The notes below the pieces were generated by a model. That model was not told the DNA's origin and ran no database searches. It worked only from the letters and a program-made list of their open reading frames with translations. From Perkinsus olseni (Eukaryota): DNA of 39,645 bases. The stretch covers positions 1-39,645 of the forward strand of contig JABANN010000320.1 in NCBI GenBank assembly GCA_013115125.1, written 5' to 3'. The position numbers were made by a program, and so were the translations under genes. Below, piece after piece: positions 1 through 11,789 of the stretch; position 1 is the first letter of the stretch; each line of letters begins with the position of its first letter.

Positions 1-2
1 CT

Positions 3-431
3 GTGGGTGCTCTCGAGTCCCAGTACCCCGGGCCCGGTATCGAACTCAATAATTTCCAGTTGGTGCCCGGCAATTACAAGTACGGTTCGCAGATGCTGGT
101 GGTGGGTCGTCCTGTCGACGCCAGTGGTAACGAGATCAGCGATGCAGCGCCCCCTCCGCCCGTCAGTACCGCGCCGTCCCTTCGTGGTCGCGACGAAGGC
201 ACTATGCAGGAGATCCTCACCACTCTGCAGAACCTGGCCAAGGAAGGCTGGTCGGGCAGGTTGAGTCGACAATACGAAATCATTGTGCTTGTCTTGTTGG
301 CGCTTATTTGTGCATCCCTTCTCATTTGCCTGGGGGTGTGGGTTTGTAGACGACATCGTGCTGTTGATACCACTCCTCTCCCTACTGCTGCGTACGGTGA
401 TGGCAGTGGGACGGCCATACCGATTGAGTAA
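3..431 (+). CDS. 3' end of a LicD-family paralogue (C-terminal region plus transmembrane helix), truncated by window start
   Basis: ALESQYPG..LNNFQLVPGNYKYGSQMLVVG aligns with ALESNFGS..LLNLKKVPRNHEFATSMLVVG of 1174-2490; followed by a Ser/Pro linker and hydrophobic IIVLVLLALICASLLICLGVWVC. Confidence 0.75.
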   Translation: MGALESQYPGPGIELNNFQLVPGNYKYGSQMLVVGRPVDASGNEISDAAPPPPVSTAPSLRGRDEGTMQEILTTLQNLAKEGWSGRLSRQYEIIVLVLLALICASLLICLGVWVCRRHRAVDTTPLPTAAYGDGSGTAIPIE

Positions 432-1173
432 CTGTAGACTATTGTCAATATACTTGCAATGTTTGCAATGCGTTCCTCTCATCCCGAATCTCGGTGATTT
501 CTCATTTCCTCCCTTATTGACTCTTGTTGCGCTGATAGTAGTGAGGCCGAGAAAGAATGGAGAAACGGATCTCGGTAGATAGAAGTCCCCTATAGCCGAC
601 TAGACAAAGAAGCGGTGTAATGGGATGTGTTTGTCGCAGATGTGTAATTGAGATCCTCGGTGTGTGGCTGCATCATGCAGGCTTGGAAACTATGCAGCGG
701 TTCTAAACACTTGGAATGCATTCTGAGAACTGATTCTGAGAACTAGTTCTGGAATAGGTTTTGCCAAAGTTTACTGAACAGCCCGTTACTATCATTCGGC
801 AAAGAGAGTTTATAGTGTAGTGGTTATTATGGTGGGATGTCATGCGCAACACCCGCGTTCGATTATGAGTAGAAAGTTTCAACAATTTTACATCGAAAAG
901 ACACCCTGGAAAGCTGGCATGTCCCTGCCCGGTGAAATCCATTCTCCGCCGCGGGCCTGTGTTCAACTCCTGTTACTTGCGGTTCTCAATGAGAAATTCT
1001 CCTGTTACTGTCCATCCAAGGAGCGGAAGGCGTGTCAGTGTTTTGGGAAGTACGAAGGCTCCCTCAAGTACTACTAATCGAAGACCTGCTATCGCCCTTT
1101 TCCCGGGGTTTCGCTCTCTGGAATGGATTAACGATCGAACACATAACACGACAACACCGATCCAGAGAAACTT

Positions 1174-2490
1174 CTACTCTCTCTTAATTACATCAACCAG
1201 ATTGAGCAAAGAATTAGCAGAGTCCGTTGGGCTTTCGCCAGTGGATGAGACACCAACTCGACTTCTATTGAAAAAGGAGTACACGACGAAAAAGATCAAC
1301 AGAAAGCAAACCATTCCTATAATCAAGGAGACAGTGTGGGTGTCCACGTTAGATACGGCCGCTACATCAGACGCTTGAGGCCAATTCACAGCAGATATTT
1401 TCACCGCAGTCATAACGTCACGATTGCTAGTGAAGCGGTCTCTGAGAGCCATCACGGACGAGTCGACCTCGGCCAAGACGCTCTGAGGGACTCTCAGATT
1501 CGCTGACGACGGCAAAGCGGTCTCGTTGCTCATCAAAGACTGACCGACCACCAACATGCTGGTCGCAAACTCGTGATTCCTTGGCACCTTTTTGAGATTT
1601 AGCAGCTTCCAAGAGAGCGAACCGAAGTTGGACTCCAGAGCGGCAATGGATCGATTGGGAATCTTCACGTCGCCACCATCTTGCTTGTCCCACTTCATTG
1701 GAAAATAGTCGTCATACAAGGCGCACGAATTGTCCGCCTCACGGCAGACGGTGACGATACCTTCATCATAACCTGGGCACGATGCACACTCTTCACCACC
1801 GGGATAATTCGACTGCAGCAGCTGGAAGACGTCGGCGTGGCACGTGACGTCTTTATAGTCGTGGATAATGCGGAACTCTTGAGCGTCGCACCCAGTCCAT
1901 TCATCAGGACGGAACTCCGAGCCGACACCAAAAACAATACCAGCCACGCGATAATATGAGTCCGTTGGTAGGTTACTCTTGATGAGTGCTGCCATGTTCT
2001 TATGCTGCTCGGTACCATGCTTACTGAAAGCCTGTTCGCAATGGCTCTGCATGATGGTGAGGTCGGCGTCAGCATCCCATGGTATGTGGCCTTTGTCGTG
2101 TCGTTGCCAACCCAATAACGTTCCATGGATAATACTAGCGTCGATGCCCAACATATCCAATGCATGAGTAGTGGCATTGGTAACCTCCGTCAGACATTTT
2201 AAAAAGTCTCCTCTCTTGTCAACTTCCATAAGCTCATCATAGTCCATACAAAGTGTACCATCAATAGTCACCTCCTCCGACGGCCATGATGATAAATCCA
2301 CACCATCTGTTACATTCATCGGGCATAGGAATAGATTCTCCGACGGTGCAGTGGCAACCAGCTCTTCGGCGAGGACCCGAATGAAGGGATGTCTCAGTGA
2401 GATGTGATGACCTTCTGCAGATGGGTCAAGACTCGCCACCACACAGACCAAAACCAACGCCAGGTTGAAAAGTGGGGACGTAAATGCCAT
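1174..2490 (-). CDS. LicD/fukutin-family phosphotransferase; signal peptide and C-terminal TM; intronless
   Basis: 438-aa ORF with the LicD signature HGTLLGWQRH..HIPWDADAD; hydrophobic N-terminus and C-terminal LIIGMVCFLLIFFVVYSFF. Confidence 0.88.
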   Translation of the reverse strand: MAFTSPLFNLALVLVCVVASLDPSAEGHHISLRHPFIRVLAEELVATAPSENLFLCPMNVTDGVDLSSWPSEEVTIDGTLCMDYDELMEVDKRGDFLKCLTEVTNATTHALDMLGIDASIIHGTLLGWQRHDKGHIPWDADADLTIMQSHCEQAFSKHGTEQHKNMAALIKSNLPTDSYYRVAGIVFGVGSEFRPDEWTGCDAQEFRIIHDYKDVTCHADVFQLLQSNYPGGEECASCPGYDEGIVTVCREADNSCALYDDYFPMKWDKQDGGDVKIPNRSIAALESNFGSLSWKLLNLKKVPRNHEFATSMLVVGQSLMSNETALPSSANLRVPQSVLAEVDSSVMALRDRFTSNRDVMTAVKISAVNWPQASDVAAVSNVDTHTVSLIIGMVCFLLIFFVVYSFFNRSRVGVSSTGESPTDSANSLLNLVDVIKRE

Positions 2491-2826
2491 TATTTACAGG
2501 TGGAATGGATAGAGAGGAAGTAACACAGCGTTGGCATTCTCGGCGTTTCCGATGATGAAGCACCTTTTGCTGTGCGGACATTGTGCTCCGCACGACACAG
2601 AACGGATACGATTCTACCACAAGTCAATATAGGTCGGAAACGAACTACTGCCCACTCTGCTTCTCGAGCTAGGAGCCCTATATCTCATTAGTGACGAGAT
2701 TGGTGATGGTGGAGATTTTAAGTTCGGGAGTACTGGGATTCGGCACAGATCGCAGTTTCCGTCGTATCAGGGCAGCAACAAAGCAAGCTGAGCTCTTGAA
2801 GGTGGGAACAACTCAGTCAAAAGTTT

Positions 2827-2898
2827 AGCGTCTTGCAAGGTTCGAATTGATCACCTACTACTCACGAAGTACTCCATCTACTAACAAGCTAGAGCGGC
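2827..2898 (-). pseudogene. Degenerate tRNA-Thr(CGT)-like pseudogene
   Basis: Minus strand GCCGCTC TAGCTTGTTAGTAGATG..TT CGT GA..TTCGAAC..AAGACGC T is 72 nt and colinear with the adjacent tRNA-Thr, but most stems are broken. Confidence 0.6.
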
Positions 2899-2993
2899 TG
2901 ACAGCTTGTCTCGTCCCTCAAGTCAGGATTCAGATCACAGTACTGCGACATTGTACTACTATTGTCAGATCATGCAGCCGTTCAAAACCCTTA

Positions 2994-3065
2994 AGCCACT
3001 TGCCAGGATTGAACTGACGACCTTCTGCTTACGAAGCAGACGCTCTACCACTAAGCTAAAGCGGA
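2994..3065 (-). tRNA. tRNA-Thr(CGT), first acceptor pair mismatched
   Basis: Cloverleaf with TCTGC-TT CGT AA-GCAGA and T loop TTCAATC; same as 5666-5737 except acceptor 5' strand TCCGCTT instead of GCCACTT. Confidence 0.85.
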
Positions 3066-3245
3066 CTACGATACACTCCTGTCACAGTTTAAGGACCCGA
3101 ATAACAATAATGCTATAGCCCAAGGTAGAGATCCTACCTTCGCTCTCATGAGACGATACATTCTCCCTGCACTCTTGATAGTCGCATGTTTCCCACCAAG
3201 TGCTCACAAACTCGGAACGCGGCTACGCTGACCTTGAGAAAATTG

Positions 3246-4583
3246 CTACTCGCCTTTGACGACATTAATCAGATTCAGAAAGGAATTCCCCTCATTCGGA
3301 GCCTCGTTGTCGGCAGATGAGACCGCGGTTCGGCTTCTTCTGCAGAAACAGTACCCAAGAAAGAAGAGAAGGAAAGAGACGCCAATCATACTTATCAACA
3401 CAGAAAGAGTATAGGTGTCAAAATTATATGGCGTGGTTACTTCCCGCGAGAGGGGCCAATTCACCGCAACTATCTTCTCGGCAGAAGTGTCCTCCTCAAT
3501 GGTAGGAGCAGAGGCTTCTGGTGTTCCACGAGATAGCTCGACCTCAGATGCGACGCTGTGCGAACCTCTGAGGCTCGACGGACTGGACGGTTCACCAGCG
3601 GTATCGTTAACCATCATTGACCGACCAACCACCAATAAGCTACCATCGAATTCATAATTCATCGGCACTTCCCTTAGGTTGAGTAAAGACCAGGGAAGAG
3701 AACCAAAGTAGGACTTCAGCGCTACATCGACCCGATGGGGAATCTTCACATCGCCACCATCCTGCTCGTCCCACCTCATGGGGAAATAATCGTCGTAGAG
3801 ACCGCACGTATCATCAACATCACGACAGACGGTAACGAGGTCTTCGTCATAACCTGGACACGATGCACAGTCTTCACCACCGGGCTCATCGGATTGGAGT
3901 GTCTGGAAGACGTCGGCGTGGCAGCTGACGTCTTTGTAGTCGTGGATGATACGAAACTCTCGATTTTCACACCCAGTCCATTCATCAGGATCCAACTCGG
4001 AGCCGTCACCGTATATAATGCCAGCCACACGATAGTAAGAGTCGGTGGGTAGGTGGTCCTTGAGGAGAGCTGCCATGTTTTTATGCTGCTGAGTGGCATG
4101 CTCATTGAAAGCCCGTCGACAATGGCTCAGCATGATGGTGAGGTCGGCGTCAACATCCCACGGTATGTGGTTTTTATCGTGCCGTTGCCAACCCAATAAC
4201 GTACCGTCTATAATACTAGCGTCGATGCCCAACTTATCCAATGCATGAGTAGTGGCATTAGTAACCTCCGTCAGACATTTTAAAAAGTCTCCTCTCTTGT
4301 CAACTTCCATAAGCTCATCATAGTCCATACAAAGTGTACCATCAATAGTCACCTCCTCCGACGGCCATGATGATAGATCAACATCATCTGTTACATTCAT
4401 CGGGCATAAGAATAGATTCTCCGACGGGGCAGTGGCGACCAGCTCTTCGGCGGAGACCCGGATGAAAGGATGCTTCGGCAAAGGGCCAGCCGAAGGCCTT
4501 TCTGTTGATGGTCCGCCATTAGCAGCTTCGCACGGAAGGAGCAACCCCAGGATGAGAAGACAGTGCGGGAATGTCGGAGGCAT
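3246..4583 (-). CDS. LicD/fukutin-family phosphotransferase, tandem paralogue; intronless
   Basis: DGTLLGWQRH..HIPWDVDAD motif; ATG at 4583 (MPPTFPHCLLILGLLLPCEA signal peptide); C-terminal TM; colinear with 1174-2490. Confidence 0.88.
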   Translation of the reverse strand: MPPTFPHCLLILGLLLPCEAANGGPSTERPSAGPLPKHPFIRVSAEELVATAPSENLFLCPMNVTDDVDLSSWPSEEVTIDGTLCMDYDELMEVDKRGDFLKCLTEVTNATTHALDKLGIDASIIDGTLLGWQRHDKNHIPWDVDADLTIMLSHCRRAFNEHATQQHKNMAALLKDHLPTDSYYRVAGIIYGDGSELDPDEWTGCENREFRIIHDYKDVSCHADVFQTLQSDEPGGEDCASCPGYDEDLVTVCRDVDDTCGLYDDYFPMRWDEQDGGDVKIPHRVDVALKSYFGSLPWSLLNLREVPMNYEFDGSLLVVGRSMMVNDTAGEPSSPSSLRGSHSVASEVELSRGTPEASAPTIEEDTSAEKIVAVNWPLSREVTTPYNFDTYTLSVLISMIGVSFLLFFLGYCFCRRSRTAVSSADNEAPNEGNSFLNLINVVKGE

Positions 4584-4605
4584 GCTAAATATGAAAGAAG
4601 GCAAC

Positions 4606-7600
4606 TTACCACGCAGCTAGCTTCGGACAAGGCCGGCGCGTTCCACCTTGAAGCACCTCCACCATGGCGCGCGGCATCGGACTGGTAGCCGCACAGAACT
4701 TCGGAGACATTGGCCCCCTTGGGTGAAGCAGCACAATGCCAACAATCTCGACTAATCTTTGGAAGAGCTCTGTCGCCGGATGGCCCATTGGACCATGCTT
4801 TCTAGCAATGAGTCGCTCGAGCCCCTTGCGACCTGTGGACAAGGAAACGGCAGCGCACAGCCACTGCAGCAACAATGATCTCCCACTGTGGGTTCCTCGA
4901 GCTGGACTTCTTCTTGTTGTGATAGTAGACGCTCGGCCAAGAAGCGCAAATACTCTTGTTTCTCCTGCGGGGACTGCTTCTCGAGCTGAGATCGCGCTGG
5001 GGCCGCTGGGGCATCCACTTCGCTTGAAATGCTGCCATGCTTCGTTCTCTGCTATGAGAATGGACCAGAGTGCACCAAGGCAAGAGCTCCTCACCAGCTT
5101 CTCAACCACCTCGCAGCCACCTTCATTCTCAGACTGGTTACCGAGCAGGTCAGCGAGGGTGCGCTGCGAAAATGAAAAGATCTTCGCCATGCTGGCGGTG
5201 AGATCGGAGAGAGCGCTATTGCAAGCTTTCCAGAGCCTCGCAAATCGCCGAGGTTGTTAGCTGCCTCACCGGCTCCCGTTCTTCCTGCTTCGATTTTGAA
5301 GGCTGATACATAAAGGGTGTCTTCTGGCGGTGAATGCCATCGGGAATGAGCGCCCGTTCACCGTCCTCAACAGCTGGCTCCTGTGGTGGATGTTGCCAGT
5401 TACCATCCTCGACAAGAGCCGTCCTATACTCTATCAGAGCTTTCTCGACAGCCTGAGACAGGAGGTAGCGTCGCTGCTCTCGGAGTGAGTAAGGGCAAGA
5501 CTACTCTCGGGAAGGTTACTCACATCCGCTCTGTCCCAGGAGGTGATGGTCGTATTGTTGGGCGACTTGGTGGATTGTGCTTCTCGACGAGTGTCCGTAT
5601 TGAGCTACGACCACAGGAGGGAGTATCGGTGGATGGCCCCAAGTGCAGACAAGACACGACATATTAGCCACTTGCCAGGATTGAACTGACGACCTTCTGC
5701 TTACGAAGCAGACGCTCTACCACTAAGCTAAAGTGGCTTGTGCCAACGGACAGCGTGAACCCGGATCACGGTACGATAGCATCACTCACAACACCGAGAG
5801 AGCAGACTTGTTGGTTGAGTGATCGCGAGACGGCTACGAAGCAAGAACCTTACGAAGGCCTCCGCCTCGCTGTTCGTGAACTCGAAGAACGCTGCGGCAA
5901 AATCATCCTCCCATTTCCCGCCTTCAGCTAAGCGAGAAGCGCATAGGGTTCGACGAGGCGGTTTCCCATTCGGGTCACTTCCTAATACGTTGCACCGTAT
6001 GTTGTGCGTTAATTGAAACAAGTCTCGGAGGGTAAGACGACGGCAACACTGAGCAGGAAGAGCGTTTTCTGATGAAATAAAAGGAAAAAGAACCCAACTG
6101 AATCATCTCCATCCCCTTCTCTCGGTGAAAACAGAAAATCTTTGAAGTGGTCTGGTAGGCCATGCACGCAGCGCCTGAACCCGCCGTCATCTCAGCGGCA
6201 TCCGGCCTTGCCCACTCCGTGCGCTCCTTGGCAACCCCGCTCGCGAGATGGCGGATAAACTTGACAGCGGCTATTACGATGGCGCACTTGCCTCCTCCGA
6301 CTGTCTTTACGATGCACTGAGAAGAAATGTCTCGTCGTAGATGCTGATAGAAGAGCAGTCGTTCACCAGAATCAGACTGATGAGCAGCTCCTCGAGAAGG
6401 TAGTGCTCGTGGACGAGTTCATGGCCTACCGGCGAGCAAGGAAGTGTCGGCGGGAACGCGAGAGGAAGCAACCGCTCACCTGCATCGTCATCGGAGTCGA
6501 TAATACAGCACGCCACGGACCATCGGAGGGCCGTGAGGTTGTCTCCGGAAGCGGCCGAGAAGTCATCCTGGTTAAAGTGCATGCTCGAGAATTCTCATAC
6601 CACTCCTTTCGTTACTCGTCGTGACCCCAATACATCTCCCAGTTCTCTCTTCCCATAGCGTTCGACCAACTCGCTCGGATCGATCATCTGAGAGCCGCAC
6701 GAAGATTCGATAGTCCAACCTCTATGCTGCGAGAATCTCATCGCTGATGGCCACTCAGGTCGGACCCCTTCCTGCAGAAGCTCCTCCGGGTCCGATACCG
6801 AACTAGTAGCAGCGAGTATGGCGGAAGCCTGAGACAACGGGCGCCTCGACGACGTTAGCTCATTCTCTTCTCCCAACTTTCCCGTACCACTCCGCCCGAG
6901 TTAGGTTGGGAGCCTATGACTGCCGCACAATAACGCTTACCGTAGACCACCCCGAGGCGAGTGTGGAAGTTCGCATCCAGCGCTCGCTCACCTCTTCACT
7001 AGCCTTTGCATCGGCCTCATGGTGGTGATGCACGAACCTTGACAAACGGCCGTGAACAGGGGACTCCCATACTCCGTCTCAGAAGTGGCCAATGTGGCAC
7101 AGCCCGACTTCTGTGATGAAGCTAAGTGAGCATCCCACATTCCCTATTGTCCTCTACCGGCCGTCGCCTGCATAACGATGAGTTTCCACAGTAGCCGAAA
7201 GGAGAAAGCATGCTCGAAAATGCGACGGGCGGTGAGGCGTGCAAGGAGGGTCGAATGAGACGACCCTCCCCCTCCAAGGCCGACAAGCTTCCCGCTCACA
7301 TTCGTAGCAAGACCGAATTGAGATCGTCCAGACGAGCTAGGACGAGTTCTTGTCTCGACGCCAACCCGCCCGTCCACTGTGGGTGCTCGGTGAGGGCCTT
7401 CTTAACGACGTCGGCGTCCTGCCAGGGGAGCCCATCAGATGACGGTCAACTACTAACGAGCAGCTACGGGATTTCAACGCCTTTTGAGGAGCATCGAAAG
7501 CCAGAGTTATCGTGGCCTACTCTCTCGGCCGCTATTTTTAGTATGTCCCGAGCCAAGACGCCGCTGCGGAAGCAAATGGTCTCGTGAAGAAGGGCTGTCG

Positions 7601-10153
7601 TTCGAGGGAGGAAGACAGTGGCAAAAATAGGGAGATGTCGTTCAAGTACGATGGGAAGTATCTAAGGTTGACTCATGCAAGATACAGACCAATCGATCAG
7701 GCTGAAGCTTCGAGCGAGTTTGGTCTTAAAAAGATTCCTCCCATGGCCGCAGCACGAAGGTTCACAGCCTTACCAGTATGAAGGTTGATAGCAGCTCCCT
7801 CAAGGCGAGAATGCACCCCTCAATATTTTCGACTGGACGATCAATACACATGTCCCAACACCCCTTCAAGGCCTCAATCGTCAGCAGCCTCTCAGAGTTC
7901 TCTAAAAATACCGGAAGCAACAGTCGAGGCTCGCCGAGAACGCACCCCGCCCCATCATGGACTCTGCCGCGAAAAGCAGGCGAACGAGTAGCATCGCCTT
8001 TAGGATGAGGTCGTCTGAACAGCGGAGCGGAGTTTTCGGCAAATTGGTCGAAAGAATACTCACAAGGGCTCCGATCGGTCGTGTCGGACACAGCCCTGTG
8101 GCAAGCTGCGACGAAGATGATGAAGAGACGAGTCAGGATGGTCGGAAGCTCCGTCGTGGATGGGCCGCTCGGAAGAAGAAGTAGAGGGGTGTATCTGACG
8201 ATGAGCTACGAGTTGGGGATGGAGCGGTATGGGATTACACGGGACCGCCAACTTCGCACATCCGAACGAGGAGGTCAACGATCTTGGTTTGAACTGGGAG
8301 GAGTGTGGTTCCGAGAGCACCACCTAAGGAGCTTTCTGTGACGGACTAGCTTCAACCTTGGATTCCTACTCAGGAACGTCGTAACTTCAGAAAGTTCATC
8401 AACCCCGTCTATAGGGAAGAGCAACCTCGAGAGGCAAACTGGTAGGGCCGTCTCGAAAAAGGTTTCTGAATGGATGGGCATCCACGCTACGCACAGCAAA
8501 GATTACTTATTATGAATCTTTCGTGAAATGCCAGCATCGACCTCAAGATATCGAGCGCGACTTCGACCTAGAATAGTGAGAACAGAGAGAAACAGTGTGA
8601 GTGCTCACTTGCCTCGCCGAAGCCTTTGGCGGAGCTGAGGACCTCAGCGCTGCAGCAGCCACTAAGCTGGAGGTAGTACACAACGCGCTGGACGAGTATC
8701 TTTGTTACACCTTCACCGAAGAGTAAGGTCCAACCTCCCATCTGAAAAGATATTTTTCGATGGAGCATGAGCAGTAAGATGATAGCCAGTAAGAACAGTC
8801 CGAAAAAATGAGAAAAAATTCAGTAAGACAGTCAAAAAAATTGCCCGCAGCTGATCTCATACATCTGATTTGATCGGATATGGGGAGCCAGACTTCCTAG
8901 ATCACAAATTTGAAGGGTCTTGAAGGTGCTAGTTTAGCTGCGATTGTGTGGGCACACAATACACCTGTCGCCTAGCGCTGGTAGTATTTGTTCCTGTTGT
9001 ATTCATAAAAGATCAGGCTCTTATCAGTGTCACTCTTGTCGAGTTCGGGTGATAACATTAGCAGAAAAGCTCAACAGGCGAAAAATTGTTTTTAGATTTG
9101 TTTCTACGCCCACATTAGTTTCATAATTTCTGGACTTTCTCTACTGTTGGGCCACGACGAGCGGCAGCACGGCCCTCGACCGTCGGCTTCACGCTAGCTT
9201 GTCCGAGATTTAAAGAAATCGGGCAACAGATTTTGCCATAGGTGAACTTCCCCTTCCGATTTCAAAAATCATTCTGAGGTGAGTTTATCAAAGATATTAC
9301 AAAAATTTTCTGAAGTATCTTCTCTGGGAAAATTACTTTTTCGTTGATTATTCTCTCTTCTGATTCCCCCCGGCTCCAAGCGGTGAATCTTAGGTTGAAC
9401 CCCGATCGATAAAAAACACGGCGTGCCGTAGTACGGGAAAACTACTAGAATTTAGAAAAATTCAGCAAATCTATAATTCGCCCGATATTGGAGGTAGCTT
9501 CCTCACCATATCAGAATATGAATTTTGTAACTAGCGTGAGAAGGACGAGCAGAAGATACCTCTCGAGCCTTTTCGTGAAACCGCTGTAGCATCGCCTCGA
9601 GCACCAGCATACAGTTGCCAATGCGGGACAGTAGTTTTTCTGAAAAGTTCATCTGACTCGAATTCGATACTCGTCCGCGACGGGTACCGGTATGATCGGC
9701 GTATCTTTGTCGTTCCCCATCAACTGTGTTTATCCAAGCGTGGAGGGATGTGACCTGCTGGGGAGGAATCTTTGCGGTGAGTGAAAGTATCCAAGGTCGC
9801 TCACTGCTTCTCGTGAATTTCGCGTCGTCGAGGGTTGGAAGAGAGCTCCAGGCGGAAATATATCGCGGTAACTGATCAGTAACATCTCCAGGTTGATTCA
9901 TGGAAGATATGCAAAAAAAGGATATCTTAGGTTGAAGCATGCACCGAATACGCGGAGGTCAGCTCGGGAACTGGCTGAGGAAAGATACCCCTGAGTTCCG
10001 TCCCATGACGAAGCAAAGGCCTCCGAGCCCTCTAAAGATCTTAATCTCTCTGCCTTGGCCTCGAGTGAAAAGATCTCACCCATCAAGCAAGCTCGTCACT
10101 TCCCTATGCTCATCATCACCGCCGGCATCTGATATTCCCGAGGGGCTCATCAT
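4606..10153 (-). CDS. Large multi-exon gene of unknown function (Leu-rich, probably helical); boundaries approximate, could be more than one gene
   Basis: Chain of minus-strand open segments flanked by GT..AG; phase-consistent junctions checked near 10080 and at intron 5605-5789; putative start MMSPSGISDAGG. No recognisable domain. Confidence 0.5.
5666..5737 (-). tRNA. tRNA-Thr(CGT), intronic, sense to host
   Basis: Complete cloverleaf GCCACTT..AAGTGGC T with anticodon CGT, inside intron 5605-5789 (GTGAGT..GTAG). Confidence 0.95.
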
Positions 10154-10594
10154 TACAAGGGGCTTAACCGCGTGGAGACTGATTGAGAACACAGCACCCA
10201 AGGTTTGCCATCATCTGCGCATCATCAACGATTCAGCTAAGCCTCTCATCCGAGCAAGATGGGTTCGGCGATATTAACATGATGCAGGTGAGGAGACCGT
10301 GAGAAGAAATTGAAAACACAACACCCGGGTTTTGCCGTCTCGAGTCCATTCTCAACGATTCACCGGAGCAAGATAGGGTCAGCGATATCGACACTACAGT
10401 CGTTCCAAAAATCCCTCACCGCGAACACTTTCAACGACTCCCACAAACCAGGGTACCCTATTATATTTACAGTCAAAGCGATTCGATAAACCAACTCTGC
10501 GATCCCGTGCTCGTTCCACCTCTAACCAGTGACACTACTTCAATTCAACCATCAACGCTTTCTTAAATCGTACAAAATATATAATCATCAATGG

Positions 10595-11389
10595 TCAGAG
10601 AGCATCAGCATCTTCATGGGCCTCCGCGGTCGTCCTCGTCACAGCCGCGTCGGTCCGAGCCTGTCGACCCTTCGACCGCATCTTCCGCATATACTCAAGG
10701 ATACTGTCTCTCTTGGGGAGCTGCTGTAGTACTTCTGGCGGTTCTCCACCGAGGACTTCATTATAGATTTTCACCAAACTACTTTTCTCATCATCAGCCA
10801 CGCTCATCGCCAGCTCAGCTACTTCATGATACAACACTCTCGCCCGAACGTTCGGCCGTCCGCAAATGTGGTACTTGATTTTTTTCAAGTTAGTAATGAC
10901 AAGATTTTCGGGGTCCTCTGGACTGCCCGTAGTGATCAAAGTCGAAGGGCAATGCAGCTGTTTGTGGTAGTTGATACATCTCCAATGCAACTTATCCTTG
11001 TACGCGGCATCCTGCCGATAAAGATACCCATGGAAGGCAAGGAGAGGTCGACCGGAGAAGGAGGGGACGTAGTAGGGCTTCTCCACAGGGAGCTGCGTGA
11101 GGTTGATCGTCGGATATTCTGAAGAGAACACCGGCAAGGTTACGACAACAACCCGACAGAAAACTCATGCGAAACGCGTGTTGGAAGATAAAAAATTCTG
11201 AACGAGAGAAAATCCCCAGCCCGAAAAGGGAGATCAGTAATGACAATGTTTGTAACCCTTTACCTCGAACTCGGGATTTTGGCCGACGTTCAGCTACCGA
11301 TAAGGGCTTTCGATTTCTCGCCACTAGAAGGCGTTACTCGTTAGCGACGAGAAATTACGAGGGCTGGACCACTTATGAGTGTACACCAT
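10595..11389 (-). CDS. FLYWCH-type (WRKY/GCM1 fold) zinc-finger protein resembling a Mutator transposase N-terminus
   Basis: LLAFHGYLY..HWRC-x8-C..H-I-C followed by helical IYNEVL..LP..SI..MRKMR. Main exon about 10595-11118; two upstream exons from ATG 11389 inferred by splice-phase match. Confidence 0.75.
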
Positions 11390-11789
11390 GTACCGCGAAC
11401 CATTTTCCAACCCAAATAAGTTCAAATTGGATTTTTTTGAATATACTTCGAAAATGAAGGTGCAAAAAAGTTGTTGCGATGGTAACTTCGGTGCTGTCCT
11501 CTCTTAGAAAAGAAAATATCGTCTCACGTAAAGTCATCACAGCGACAGCTTCGGTCGAAAGATTTTGACCCGACGATGACTTCGGCTATCCTGTGAAAAT
11601 TTTCAGCTGATGAACTGCCCGAATGGCGAGCGAGCTTCTTACAGGTTGATAAGAAAACGGTTCTCCGGTACCTAATTTTGCCCAATTTCAGCAATTTTTA
11701 CGGTGACAAGAGACCTTATTAACGATACGCTTGAACGCCCATGATTCTGCCGTTGCCAAATCGAAATGAAAATCCGCGAAAGCCTAGCG

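Noticed and set aside
3122-3140. Hairpin AAGGTAG-n5-CTACCTT downstream of a LicD gene
   Set aside because: A 7-bp stem is expected by chance, and intrinsic terminators do not apply to this eukaryotic context.
10224-10393. Imperfect direct repeat (TCAACGATTCA..GAGCAAGAT..GCGATAT) in the intergenic gap
   Set aside because: Two short diverged copies only; not inverted, so not TIRs for the FLYWCH genes.
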